From an uncultured Gammaproteobacteria bacterium (lineage in GTDB: Bacteria; Patescibacteriota; Patescibacteriia; JAHIZJ01), in contig CAYJKP010000002.1 in the NCBI GenBank assembly GCA_964371245.1, positions 257,469 to 321,468 on the forward strand: a stretch of 64,000 bases of DNA. Reading direction: 5' to 3'. Of this stretch, positions 19,721-30,624 are shown piece by piece. Every line of letters starts with the position of its first letter. Position 1 is the stretch's first letter. A model generated the notes under the pieces. That model did not search any database. It was not told where the DNA came from and worked only from the letters and a program-made list of their open reading frames with translations. The position numbers and the translations under genes are program-made.

Positions 19721-21671
19721 ACTATGCGCTTTATCTCATAAATCTCTTGGTTGTCAGGACCCTCGTCCAGAGCAAGACCTGTGGCCGCTGCTTCGCGTTT
19801 GATCAACCATCTGAGGGAGTAGTTCCGTACTCTTTCATACAGACCTTTGACCGTCGACCCAACTACGAGATTGGCCAGAGAAACAAGAACAAGAACACCA
19901 GAACCACAGGTGAGTACCCATCCGACTAAGACATTACTTGAACGAAGACCGAGACCCACGGCAAAGCCAGCTATCAGCAGCATTCCAATAAAGCCAGACA
20001 CTAACCTTGCGCAGTTCCTCGCTCTTCTCCAACACCGCCAATAGAGCCGCTCTTGCACCTGCTTATTTCCTGCAAGTGCAGATACCAGGGCCTCCCGGGT
20101 TCTCTTATGCTCGGTCTCCTCCGCGGTGAGCTTTTCAGTCTCCTCTCTTTTCATCTCGGTTGACACCCTGCGAAGTGTCTCAGCGACTGTTTCCTCAGTC
20201 AAGGCGTCTTCGTCTCCGAGCGTCAGGCGCATGAGCTCTTCTTGTGCAAGCGCGCTACTCCGCAGTAGTTGATGGTCGCGCGCCGTTATCTTCCCTAGTT
20301 TCTGCAGCCTGTTGATCTCGGCCAGGTACTTGCAGAGGAGCTCCTTTGATGGTTGCAGTGCCGCATACGAAAACGCCAGGATTTCAGTAGTTGGAAGAGT
20401 CGGAGCACCCATTGGCGCTTTGAGCCATGCCATGTTTGCCAAGCTGAAGTCGGTGATTACGCTCGACACCTCACGCGATTCCTCATGCCTCTGCCCGTAT
20501 TCCCACGCCGCCCGAGCAAAACCAGAATTGCTGGTCACAAACACCGCTCGGCATTTTTCGACCGTGGCCGGCGCCGTGTGCGCTCTCAGTGCGTAGATAC
20601 TACGCACTGAGTTGATATCATAGTCTTTGGCTCGCGGATTGAAATACGACACTTCGTCGTCGAGGACCTTCTCAAATATTCTTTCGTCGATCTGGAAATC
20701 AGGTATGTACTGCGGTGTGTCCTTCACGTCGATTTGCGCTTCTGCAAGCTTCTCATCTACCTGCCCCGCCATCAGAAGGAGGTCCGACCTAGTGGTGCCG
20801 TTTCGCCGTGCTTCCGTGACAATGGCCCCGCGGCCGGCCTCTCCATCCACGTGGTCCGCGGCACCTTTCAGCACGCGTACAAGTTCATCTCGCGAGTGTG
20901 CGAACGCAGCCACCGTAGCCCCGAGGTTACCAAGCAACGAGACCAGGTCTGCAACCGAAGCCCTTCGCGGTTCGCCTTCGAGGCCAAGTCGGCGAACCAG
21001 TAGCGGGGTATCAAGGTAGAATGTCACGCCGCTATATGACATTGGCGCGTTCTGCAGGTCTGGGCATAGTAAGCCGTTGGCGAGCATGTTCCCTTGCACC
21101 ATGATCATGAAGCTCTCAAAACGCTCTGGGTCGCGGTCCTGGATGTGTAAGACATACTGGCTGACTAAGATGATATCGCTCTCTCTCTTGACCTCCACGG
21201 TAGGAATCGCTGACCCTTGTAGATACGCGCGGAGACATACGATGCTGGACTGACCCAGGAACGTGCATATGGCAGTCACAGCGTCATCGATAATGGTGAC
21301 CTCTCTAGGCGTGCTTCTCGAGAACTCCATCAGACCGGACACCACTGCTTTGATATGGCGATCGGCTTGGCTCTTCTTTGCAAGGATACCGGGATCAGGC
21401 AAGATACCTGCAATGTGATAGACTCCCGCTTCCTTTCGTAATGGGTACGCCCGGGAGAGACGTCTAAGCACTACTTGTATGGCGCGTTCTGGAATTGCCA
21501 GCCCATACTGCGTACGGATGTGATCTCTAACACCCCGGTCCGTTATCGGGTCGGGCTTGTGGTCGACAAGGACCTGTAGAATAAACGGGCGAAGATAGTC
21601 AAGATAGTCCCTACCGTGGTCAACGTTGACTTTCAGCATCGCCAAACTGGTAAGGGTTGCGGTTGTGGACA

Positions 21672-21672
<1 letters not shown>
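19717..21672 (-). CDS. Uncharacterised PIN-like domain protein with C-terminal TM pair, inside the RM operon
   Basis: FYLDTP, D..SV.SI..LR and FVTSN motifs, coiled coil, two C-terminal hydrophobic helices; overlaps hsdS and hsdR. Confidence 0.6.
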
Positions 21673-22956
<1,284 letters not shown>

Positions 22957-22973
<17 letters not shown>

Positions 22974-24507
22974 GTTTCTTTAGATTGGCAGCGATTGCGG
23001 CATCGAGGGTTGCTGTGTCTTTCTGCTGCTCTCGCAATGCCGTGGTGAGCCGTTTTATCTTTTCGTTGAACGGTTCTCCATCGTCCAACAGCTCTTCAGC
23101 GCCGACGTAGCGACCAGGTGTGAGCACGTGACCGCGCTTCCGGATCTCTTCCAGGTTCGCGCTTTTGCAGAACCCCAGGAGGTCTCCGTACTTCTTCTTT
23201 ACATCCTTGTCTCCGCGCCAAGCATGATAGGTGTCCGCGACCCTTGCGATGTCTTCGGACGTGAGCTCTCGATGCACGCGGTCGATCATCGTTCCAACCT
23301 CTCGAGCATCGATGAAGAGCACCTCGCCCCGTCGGTTACGGAAGCGACCGTTTTCTCTGTTCCGCGTCAGGAACCAAAGGCACACTGGGATTTGCGTGGA
23401 ATAGAAGAGCTGCCCAGGAAGGGCGATCATGCAATCGACGAGATCGGCCTCGATAATCGCTTTGCGGATCTCACCCTCCCCTGACTGGTTCGATGACATG
23501 GAGCCATTGGCGAGCACAAAGCCGGCGAGTCCAGTGGGCGCAAGATGGTAAATGAAATGCTGGACCCAGGCGAAGTTCGCGTTGCCAGGAGGCGGGATGC
23601 CGTACTTCCAGCGCTTGTCGTCTTTGAGGAGATCCCCGCGCCAGTCGCTGTCATTGAAAGGAGGGTTGGCAAGGACGTAGTCGACCTTAAGGTCCGGGTG
23701 CCGGTCGTTATGGAAGCTGTCGCCCTGAGTGATGTTCCCTTCGATCCCGCGAATCGCGAGGTTCATCTTGCAGAGCCGCCATGTAGTGTAGTTCGACTCC
23801 TGGCCAAAAACGCTGATTTGCCCGATGCGGCCACCATGTTCCTCCATAAATCGCTCGGATTGGATGAACATGCCGCCGGAGCCGCAGCAGGGGTCGTAGA
23901 CGCGGCCCTTGTAGGGTGCGAGCATGGCGACGAGGAGCTGAACGACGCACCGCGGCGTATAGAATTGACCACCCTTTTTCCCCTCGGCGCTTGCGAAACG
24001 AGAAAGGAAGTATTCATAGACTCGACCGAGTATGTCCTTCGAGCGGTTCTCTTTGTCACCGAGTCCGAGGTTCGTGATGAGGTCGATGAGTTGGCCAAGT
24101 CGTTGCTTGTCGAGCCCGGGTCGCGCATAGTCCTTCGGGAGCACACCCTTTAGACTTGGGTTGTCTCGCTCGATCGCGGTCATCGCGTCGTCAACAATCT
24201 TGCCGATTGCCGGCTGTTTTGCGGTGTCCTTGAGCTTGGACCATCGCGCTTCCTCCGGAACCCAAAAGACATTCGCCGCACGATACTCATCCGGATCCTC
24301 GGGATCAGCCCCCTGGCGACGTTCCTGGTCAAGCTGAAGACGACGCTCCTCGAAAGCGTCGGAGATGTATTTGAGGAAGATGAGACCGAGGACGACGTGT
24401 TTGTACTCCGCTGCGTCCATGTTGTTGCGGAGGGCATCAGCCGTAGCCCAGAGTTCAGCCTCGAAGCCGATATTGCCTCCGTTGTTTTTTGCTTTCGTTC
24501 GAGCCAT
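22957..24507 (-). CDS. hsdM: Type I RM N6-adenine methyltransferase
   Basis: [28 protein letters not shown]; start reassigned to MARTKAK. Confidence 0.97.
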
Positions 24508-24713
24508 GGATTCACTCCGTATTCTGGGTGCGTCCTTTGTTAGTAGCACGGAAATTGGGAGGGCCTCCGCACCCTCCGGCATATTAGTTAATGTATTGCA
24601 GCCCAACGTATTAGCGCCCTTTACAGTACAAGATTCCGGGCCATTCGTCAAGCTAAACTCCTGCTGTAAGTTACGAAGCCGGAGACTGCACATGGGGCAG
24701 TCTCCGGCTGAGA

Positions 24714-25442
24714 TCAGAGCGCGAGCGCGCTCCGAAAGGTGCTGGAGAGCCTGAGCCCAGAGTCCATTTGGATCCTGGGGCTTCTGGATTTCTGGACCTC
24801 GGTGAAGGCATTGAAGAGCGACCAGGCAGTTCGAGGAATGAACTCTCCGTGAGTCGGTTTCTCCCATGCTTCGATCACCTTCGGCAGGTTCGAGGCCGGG
24901 AGGACGTTCCTCCGAACGGCTTCGACCATGAGATGGTCGGCCATCTCTGGCGAGAGACCCCGTTCCTTCATTGCCGCGATCTCTCCGTGGATCCGGCTCT
25001 GCATCGACGAGACCTTCGAGAGCATCCGGTAGATCAGGTCGGGGAGATCCCGGAACACGTTGATCGTGTGCTTCCGCGCCGCGCCGACTTCGCCCGAGAA
25101 GGCAAGGTTGTCACAGCAGAAGACTCGGCTTCCCGCGACCAGACTCACCGAGAGGGACCGGTCGTAGGAGTTGCGAAGCCCGATGGCGAGCGCGTAGTCG
25201 GGATGACCCCCACCGTTCGTACAGGTTAGGACCCCGAACATCTGGAGCCCTTCGTGCGCGAGGCCGAACCGCTGCTCTGTGATCGTGAGCCCGAAGCGCG
25301 GAATGTGCAGCTCGACCTCCTCGACGAACCGGGCATAGGGTACCGGCACGTACGAATCGGTCTCCTCGGGAACCGCGACGGCTGCGAGATCGACTTTGGT
25401 CGCCTCCCAGCCGCCACGATGCAGGACAAGCTGACCGGACAT
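24714..25442 (-). CDS. DUF932-like mobile-element protein
   Basis: [17 protein letters not shown] and [11 protein letters not shown] motifs. Confidence 0.7.
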   Translation of the reverse strand: MSGQLVLHRGGWEATKVDLAAVAVPEETDSYVPVPYARFVEEVELHIPRFGLTITEQRFGLAHEGLQMFGVLTCTNGGGHPDYALAIGLRNSYDRSLSVSLVAGSRVFCCDNLAFSGEVGAARKHTINVFRDLPDLIYRMLSKVSSMQSRIHGEIAAMKERGLSPEMADHLMVEAVRRNVLPASNLPKVIEAWEKPTHGEFIPRTAWSLFNAFTEVQKSRSPRIQMDSGLRLSSTFRSALAL

Positions 25443-25463
25443 GTGACGAGATCTCCTTTCTCC

Positions 25464-25892
25464 TCAGAGGAGCAGACCTTTCTCTCGGAAGGACAGGAAC
25501 GAACCGTTCCCGCCCACGATGACGTGATCGAGGACGTCGATCCCGACGAGCCGTCCCGTGTCCACGAGCCGATTCGTGATCTCGACGTCGTCGTCCGAGG
25601 GACTTACGTCTTCGGACGGGTGGTTGTGCGCGAGGATCATCGCGGCGGCGGAGGCCACGATGGCCGGCCGGAAGACCTCGCGAGGATGAACGATCGAGGC
25701 CGAGAGGCTTCCCACCGAGACTGTCTCGATGCCGAGCACCGTGTGGCGGCTCGTGAGGAGCACGACGATGAAGTGTTCGCGCTTTGCGTCCTTGAGCGAG
25801 CGCGCGAGGAGCTTCGCAACATCCTCGGGGCGCGTGACGGCCGGTGGTTTCTTCCCCCGGTAGTGACGGGTCCGCAGTTCGGCGACGTACAT
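25464..25892 (-). CDS. radC: RadC/JAB-domain protein
   Basis: VHPREVF, HNHPS...PS.DD, LDHVIVG; start MYVAEL after AGGAGG. Confidence 0.9.
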   Translation of the reverse strand: MYVAELRTRHYRGKKPPAVTRPEDVAKLLARSLKDAKREHFIVVLLTSRHTVLGIETVSVGSLSASIVHPREVFRPAIVASAAAMILAHNHPSEDVSPSDDDVEITNRLVDTGRLVGIDVLDHVIVGGNGSFLSFREKGLLL

Positions 25893-25997
25893 AGGGTGAA
25901 TCCTCCTGGTTGTCGAGCGAGAAGAAGCGGGCCTCCAGGGAATTCCCCAAAGGCCCGGTGGTGGTTGCACGAAGCGCAGAGAACGGCGGATAGGCAG

Positions 25998-26759
25998 TCA
26001 TTCCCCGCGCCACGATTGGCAATGGGCAAAGAACTCGCACTCCGAACACTTCCAGGAGGGGTTCGGGAAGAAGGAGCTACCACGGATCGCGAGGGCGACG
26101 CTCTCAATCAAGCGCGCGGTCCAGGCGAGATCCTCGACCGTGCGAGAAGCGGGAAGGCGTTCCAGTCGCGGGACCTTGGTCTTGAGGAGGGCGTCGATGC
26201 GGAGGGGTGGGATCTGGCCCGTCGCAAGGAAGCGGACAAGCGCATACGTTGAGAGCTGGAGATGCCGTTCGAGGCTCCCGGTGTCGAAGGTCCGAGCGGC
26301 GGTCTTGAGTTCCACGAGCGTGCCGTCCGTCTCGATGAGGTCAATGACGCCGCGCAGGCGCACGTCGAGCACTTCACCCGTCTCGGGATCGACGAGGTCG
26401 ATCTCGAATCGGTCCTCGATGAGCTGCGGCAGCGTCCCGTCGACCTGCTCGGCATAGAGGCGGACGAGATCCCGCCCCTTCTCCCCGAGGATCTCTTTCG
26501 ATTCCTTCGCGGGGAAGACCACGGGCTCGAGGTTCTGGGCGAACCAGTCCGCGTCGAAGACCTTGACCACCGCCTCCGGGTCGGGCGTGCGCCCGGCGAA
26601 CCGTTCCTTCTGGAACCACTCGATGGCGGCGTGAACCGACGATCCGAACGCGAGCGCGGCGGCTCGCCACGGCGGCGGGATCCGGTCGATGTACTGGAAG
26701 CGGTACTTCAGGGGGCAGAAGAGATACGACTGGACCCGGCTAACGCTGAGCGGCTCCAT
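25998..26759 (-). CDS. RecB-like/Cas4-like PD-(D/E)xK exonuclease with probable 4Fe-4S cluster
   Basis: CP..Y, G...H, GVIDLI, VELKT, Q...Y, CSECEFFAHC. Confidence 0.85.
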   Translation of the reverse strand: MEPLSVSRVQSYLFCPLKYRFQYIDRIPPPWRAAALAFGSSVHAAIEWFQKERFAGRTPDPEAVVKVFDADWFAQNLEPVVFPAKESKEILGEKGRDLVRLYAEQVDGTLPQLIEDRFEIDLVDPETGEVLDVRLRGVIDLIETDGTLVELKTAARTFDTGSLERHLQLSTYALVRFLATGQIPPLRIDALLKTKVPRLERLPASRTVEDLAWTARLIESVALAIRGSSFFPNPSWKCSECEFFAHCQSWRGE

Positions 26760-27417
26760 CGGGAACCTCCTTCAGGAGCCGGTCGATCGCATGAGTCGCC
26801 TGGAGCTTCGTCACCTCCTTGAGCGAGACGACGCAGAGATAGTTCTTCAGGTAGTCGTGCGCCGCTTCCCCTTGGAGCCCTTGGCCGGCGAGGATGCGGA
26901 AGAGGTAGCGGCGCTGCGCCTCGGTCATCAGGACGCCGTTGCCGTTCCCGCCAGCCTGGGGGGCTTGCGGCATCGGACGGGTCTCACTTGGAACCGGGTA
27001 CTCTTGGACGGACGGTGCACCCGATCCGAGGTCGTGACCATTCGCGGCGAGACCATCGCTGTCCAACTCCTCGAAGGAGACGATACCGATGTTCACGGCA
27101 TCACGGAGAGCGCGGGCCTTCGCCCGGGTCTCGGCCATGCGGATCAGGTGTGGGACGATGAAGGAGTTCACGTTGTCGGGACAGGCGTCGCCGATCCCTT
27201 CGAACCGCCCCTTCGTCGTCTCGACGAGCGCTTTCGCGATCGCCATGCGGCCATTCTCGTCGGAGGGGATCTGGAGAAGTTTCGTCGCGACCCGCTGCAA
27301 GCCCTCGTCATGGGCTTTCGAGAGCAGCCCCGGGTACGTGACGACTTCCTTGGTCCCGACCACGCGGCCGGTGCGGTCTTTGATCTCGATCGTGCGGATG
27401 AGCTCAACTGGTTTCAC
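26740..27417 (-). CDS. Putative single-strand annealing protein (RecT/Bet/Rad52-like)
   Basis: RMAETRAKARALR motif, C-terminal small helical domain, adjacent to exonuclease; GTG start after AAGGAGG. Confidence 0.55.
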   Translation of the reverse strand: MKPVELIRTIEIKDRTGRVVGTKEVVTYPGLLSKAHDEGLQRVATKLLQIPSDENGRMAIAKALVETTKGRFEGIGDACPDNVNSFIVPHLIRMAETRAKARALRDAVNIGIVSFEELDSDGLAANGHDLGSGAPSVQEYPVPSETRPMPQAPQAGGNGNGVLMTEAQRRYLFRILAGQGLQGEAAHDYLKNYLCVVSLKEVTKLQATHAIDRLLKEVPDGAAQR

Positions 27418-27534
27418 TTCTGAACCTCCTTTGTGAAGGAACTGGTGGGAAATGAGAGAGGAGCGAGAGGGTGTTCCCATCCTTCACGATACGGAGGTCC
27501 GGAGGTTGGCCGTAGAGAGGGAGAGGTTGCGGAG

Positions 27535-28062
27535 TCAGCTCTCCTTGGGGATGGCGATCTGCCGTACGGCGAGGGCAACCGCGAGCGCGTCAAACATGTG
27601 AAGCCAATACTTGTCCTTCGGTTTGAATCCGAGCACCGGATGCGGCGGATCCTTCGGGAGCTTCACCCGGAGATCCTCAAACCCCATCTGGACGATCGCC
27701 CGAGCGACGTCGAGCTTTCTTGCGTGTGCATTGCCGACGACGATTCGGCGGACTTCGCGGGGCGAGAGCTCATAGACACGCATCCCGAGATCCCGCGAGC
27801 GGGCATGAAGCTCCTGCGCGATGACGGAGACAAGGGCAGCGCGTTTGGTCGGGAAGAGCAGCGGCTTCTCGATTCCGACGATCGCGGGCGCATACTCCTC
27901 GATGTACGAGAGCACGACCCGGCGGGCCTGATCGATCAGGTCGCGCGGACGGTCGCCGTTCTTGAGGGTGTGAACCCCGAGCGCGAGCAGGTCACGGCCG
28001 CGAAGAACGACCGCGCCCATCTCTCTCGTTCCAGGGTCAATACCAAGGATGACTGGGTGCAT
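27535..28062 (-). CDS. RuvC-like resolvase, copy 1
   Basis: ILGIDPG, GIEKP, P.EVRR.VVG..A.K, FDALAVAL. Confidence 0.85.
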   Translation of the reverse strand: MHPVILGIDPGTREMGAVVLRGRDLLALGVHTLKNGDRPRDLIDQARRVVLSYIEEYAPAIVGIEKPLLFPTKRAALVSVIAQELHARSRDLGMRVYELSPREVRRIVVGNAHARKLDVARAIVQMGFEDLRVKLPKDPPHPVLGFKPKDKYWLHMFDALAVALAVRQIAIPKES

Positions 28063-28230
28063 AGGTGTTGATTCGTAATGAGGTCAAGGTAGAGCCCTCC
28101 CGAAAGGAACCGTCCGGCCTCGCGCGTCTTGCTGGCGGATGAGGCGGACGGCGGCAGTCCGCAAGAGATGCTGCCTTCCGAAGGAACGGGATCAGCCGAA
28201 GAATCGGCTGCGGGAGGGCTGGTTTGTAAC

Positions 28231-28728
28231 TCAGACGCTCTTCGCCTGGTGATGGAGAGCGAGCGCGATCGCGTCGAACATGTTCTGGAAATACAGCTCC
28301 TTCCACTTGCGGTCTTGGGTGAGGTAGACGCGGAGCGCCGGAAACCGGTGGCCAACTGCGATCGCCGTCTCCTTCTTCGTGGCCCAGCCGTTTCCGACGA
28401 GAGCCTTGCGGACGGTCTGCGGCGCATAGGTGGTCACGGGCAGCTTCTCCCTCCGGCCGAGTCGACGGACGGATCCAGCGAGCTTGTCGAGCGCGTTGAG
28501 CCAGGTCACGGGATGACCATGTGTGGCTTCGAGAACGAGGATCCCCGGCCGGTACGCCGTGATCCAGGTGGCGACAAGCTTTCGGGCTTCGCGGAGTCGG
28601 CGCTCCTTCGGGAGCAGGCGCAGAGGACGGACGCCGCTCGCGATGAGCCGAGAGCCTTTGAGGACCGCGAAGCCGAGATCGCGGAGGCCGGGGTCAAGGG
28701 CGAGGATTGTTTGGTGCTTCATGGGCAT
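28231..28728 (-). CDS. RuvC-like resolvase, copy 2
   Basis: ILALDPG, VLE, P..VRKALVGNG.ATK, FDAIALAL. Confidence 0.85.
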   Translation of the reverse strand: MPMKHQTILALDPGLRDLGFAVLKGSRLIASGVRPLRLLPKERRLREARKLVATWITAYRPGILVLEATHGHPVTWLNALDKLAGSVRRLGRREKLPVTTYAPQTVRKALVGNGWATKKETAIAVGHRFPALRVYLTQDRKWKELYFQNMFDAIALALHHQAKSV

Positions 28729-29245
28729 GGCGTTTTAGTAAGTAAAGGAAGAGGGCAGTGCGTGAACGCCGGATCTCCTGTTGCGGAACCGCGAGCGTTC
28801 CGGCAAGCGCGCGGCGTAAGGTCTCGTCAGGGTAGCTGGCGATCGCTTCTTCCAGCGCGTCAGTGTCCCGCTTCTCCCCGAGCGAGCGGGCGAGCTTCTC
28901 CGTCGTGAAGGCGCGCGGTGGTCCGGCCGGAACCTCCAACGCATCGGGCGCATGGGAAGACCGTTTCATGCGGACCTGGATGGTTCCGTTCGTCCGCCGG
29001 GCCTCGATATATCGGTGCTTTCTGAGATGGCCGAGCCAGCTTCGGATCGTCCCTTCCGGCAGCCCCATCGTCCGGGCGAGCTCGGAGGATTCGACCGCCA
29101 GAGTGTCGCTGCCCGGGGACAGGCGCGAGAGAAGAACGAGGTATAGCCAGACGGCGGCGCGCATCCGATGGATGTGGAGCGCCTGCGGGTGTTCGAGGAT
29201 CCCTCGGTCGAGGTGAATGATGTTGGGAGTTGGATTGCGGGTCAT
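28694..29245 (-). CDS. wHTH protein, possible replication initiator; paralog of 29242-29862
   Basis: WLY..L N-terminus, HTH, C-terminal IRRSRTALFLYLL. Confidence 0.6.
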   Translation of the reverse strand: MTRNPTPNIIHLDRGILEHPQALHIHRMRAAVWLYLVLLSRLSPGSDTLAVESSELARTMGLPEGTIRSWLGHLRKHRYIEARRTNGTIQVRMKRSSHAPDALEVPAGPPRAFTTEKLARSLGEKRDTDALEEAIASYPDETLRRALAGTLAVPQQEIRRSRTALFLYLLKRHAHEAPNNPRP

Positions 29246-29862
29246 GGGTGGTCGTTGGTATTCACGATGAGATAGCGGAAGAAGGCGAGTCGTGACTTGC
29301 GGATTTTCTCCGGAGGAGTGTTCCGGACGCGGTCGAGTACGCGGAGAACGTGCGCCTCGGAGTATCGTTTCAGGATCGCCGGGAGTTCCTCGTCCGCGCC
29401 TGCACCTAGAATCTCGCGGGCGAGCTTGAGCAGCGCCCCTTCCCCCGCGCCCCCTTCCCCGATAGCTATTGCCGTATTGTCTGAAGACTTCTTATTGCTG
29501 CTATTGCTATAGCTACCTTCTAAGTGTTGCCCGGAAATAGCAGGGCGATTGCTCGGAAGGTCTGCTCCCCTTGGCACTTCGCCAGACCATGACCGCAGCC
29601 GCGCGACAAGGTAGGGAAAAGGTGACTGCACGCGAACGAGTTTCGCTTCGATAAGCCGGGAGAGCCATGCGGCGATTTCTGATTCGGACACGCCGAGCTC
29701 ATCGACAAGCCGCTCCTGCGTGCGGATTACGGTTCCGCCGTAACTCGCGTGACGCATGAGCGCTACATAAAGCCAGAGCGCGCGACCGATCGACTGGACG
29801 CCGTTTGGAACGGCGATCACAGCATCGAGAGCGCAAGTGGGAATCGGGCGGAGAGTGGTCAT
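29242..29862 (-). CDS. wHTH protein, possible replication initiator; paralog of 28694-29245
   Basis: WLY..L, HTH, low-complexity linker, C-terminal IRKSRLAFFRYLI. Confidence 0.6.
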   Translation of the reverse strand: MTTLRPIPTCALDAVIAVPNGVQSIGRALWLYVALMRHASYGGTVIRTQERLVDELGVSESEIAAWLSRLIEAKLVRVQSPFPYLVARLRSWSGEVPRGADLPSNRPAISGQHLEGSYSNSSNKKSSDNTAIAIGEGGAGEGALLKLAREILGAGADEELPAILKRYSEAHVLRVLDRVRNTPPEKIRKSRLAFFRYLIVNTNDHP

Positions 29863-30137
29863 CCGTCTCGGGGATTAGCATCTCGATCATCGCGCGGTCG
29901 GAAATAGAGGTTGCCGTAGAGCGACTCGGTGAGCGTGCCGAGGCCCCGTGCCAGACGGAAGACGTTCGGAAGGTTCGGCAATCGCCGGCCCCGCTCCCAA
30001 GATGAAATGATGCAGCGGCCCTTGCCGACAAGCTGCCCGAGTCCTTTCTGGGTGAGACCGGCCTTCAGCCGATACTCGCGTATTCGATTGGGGAATTTGG
30101 CGCGGGAATGGGTCCGGCGCAGAGTGTATTCGACCAT
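29859..30137 (-). CDS. XRE-family HTH regulator
   Basis: FPNRIREYRLKAGLTQ...ISSWERGRRLP; divergent from the recombinase. Confidence 0.8.
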   Translation of the reverse strand: MVEYTLRRTHSRAKFPNRIREYRLKAGLTQKGLGQLVGKGRCIISSWERGRRLPNLPNVFRLARGLGTLTESLYGNLYFRPRDDRDANPRDG

Positions 30138-30295
30138 GTACTCAAGATACCGACCCGAACGAAAACCGAACAGAGGGGGAAAGGTGCATAACCCATCACA
30201 TCCTGTGGATACCGGAGAAAACGCCCATAAAACGCGCTGGATTTGGCACCTCTCCCCTCCTACGGAAACGGATCCAGGTATGGGATTGTAAGAAC

Positions 30296-30541
30296 ATGGA
30301 AGTCGCAGATTATGAACGCGAAGACGACCTGAATCGCGAACCGATCCAGGCTCGGCATCCGACCGGCGACGCCGCCGGTCTATGTCCGCTATCTCCCGAG
30401 GAAGTGAGCGCATTCCGGGAGATCATGCGGGAGGAGACGGGTGTGGATATGTCCGAAACCGAGGCTTGGAACCGGGCGATCGAACTCATTGCGCTTTTCC
30501 GAATGCTGATCGGCCCGATGCCTGAAGACCCCGAAGGTTAG
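30296..30541 (+). CDS. Small protein upstream of recombinase, candidate directionality factor
   Basis: Short helical ORF (FREIMREETGVDMSETEA) directly before the integrase; function inferred from position only. Confidence 0.5.
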   Translation: MEVADYEREDDLNREPIQARHPTGDAAGLCPLSPEEVSAFREIMREETGVDMSETEAWNRAIELIALFRMLIGPMPEDPEG

Positions 30542-30624
30542 CGGCGTTTTGGCGTTCGAACGTCGTCCCCACTTGCGCGTTTCCGAACTTAAAGAGAGAA
30601 TTGCGTTTAGCCAACCATACACCC

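Noticed and set aside
24508-24867. N-terminal extension of hsdM in the ORF track
   Set aside because: Overlaps the DUF932 gene; HsdM similarity begins at MARTKAK (24507)
25998-26759. Cas4-like gene as evidence of CRISPR-Cas
   Set aside because: No cas1/cas2 and no repeat-spacer array seen in the window; context is a recombination module
27535-28728. TnpB/IscB/IS110-type RNA-guided nucleases
   Set aside because: Proteins are ~170 aa with classical RuvC motifs and lack zinc-finger, HNH or IS110 C-terminal domains
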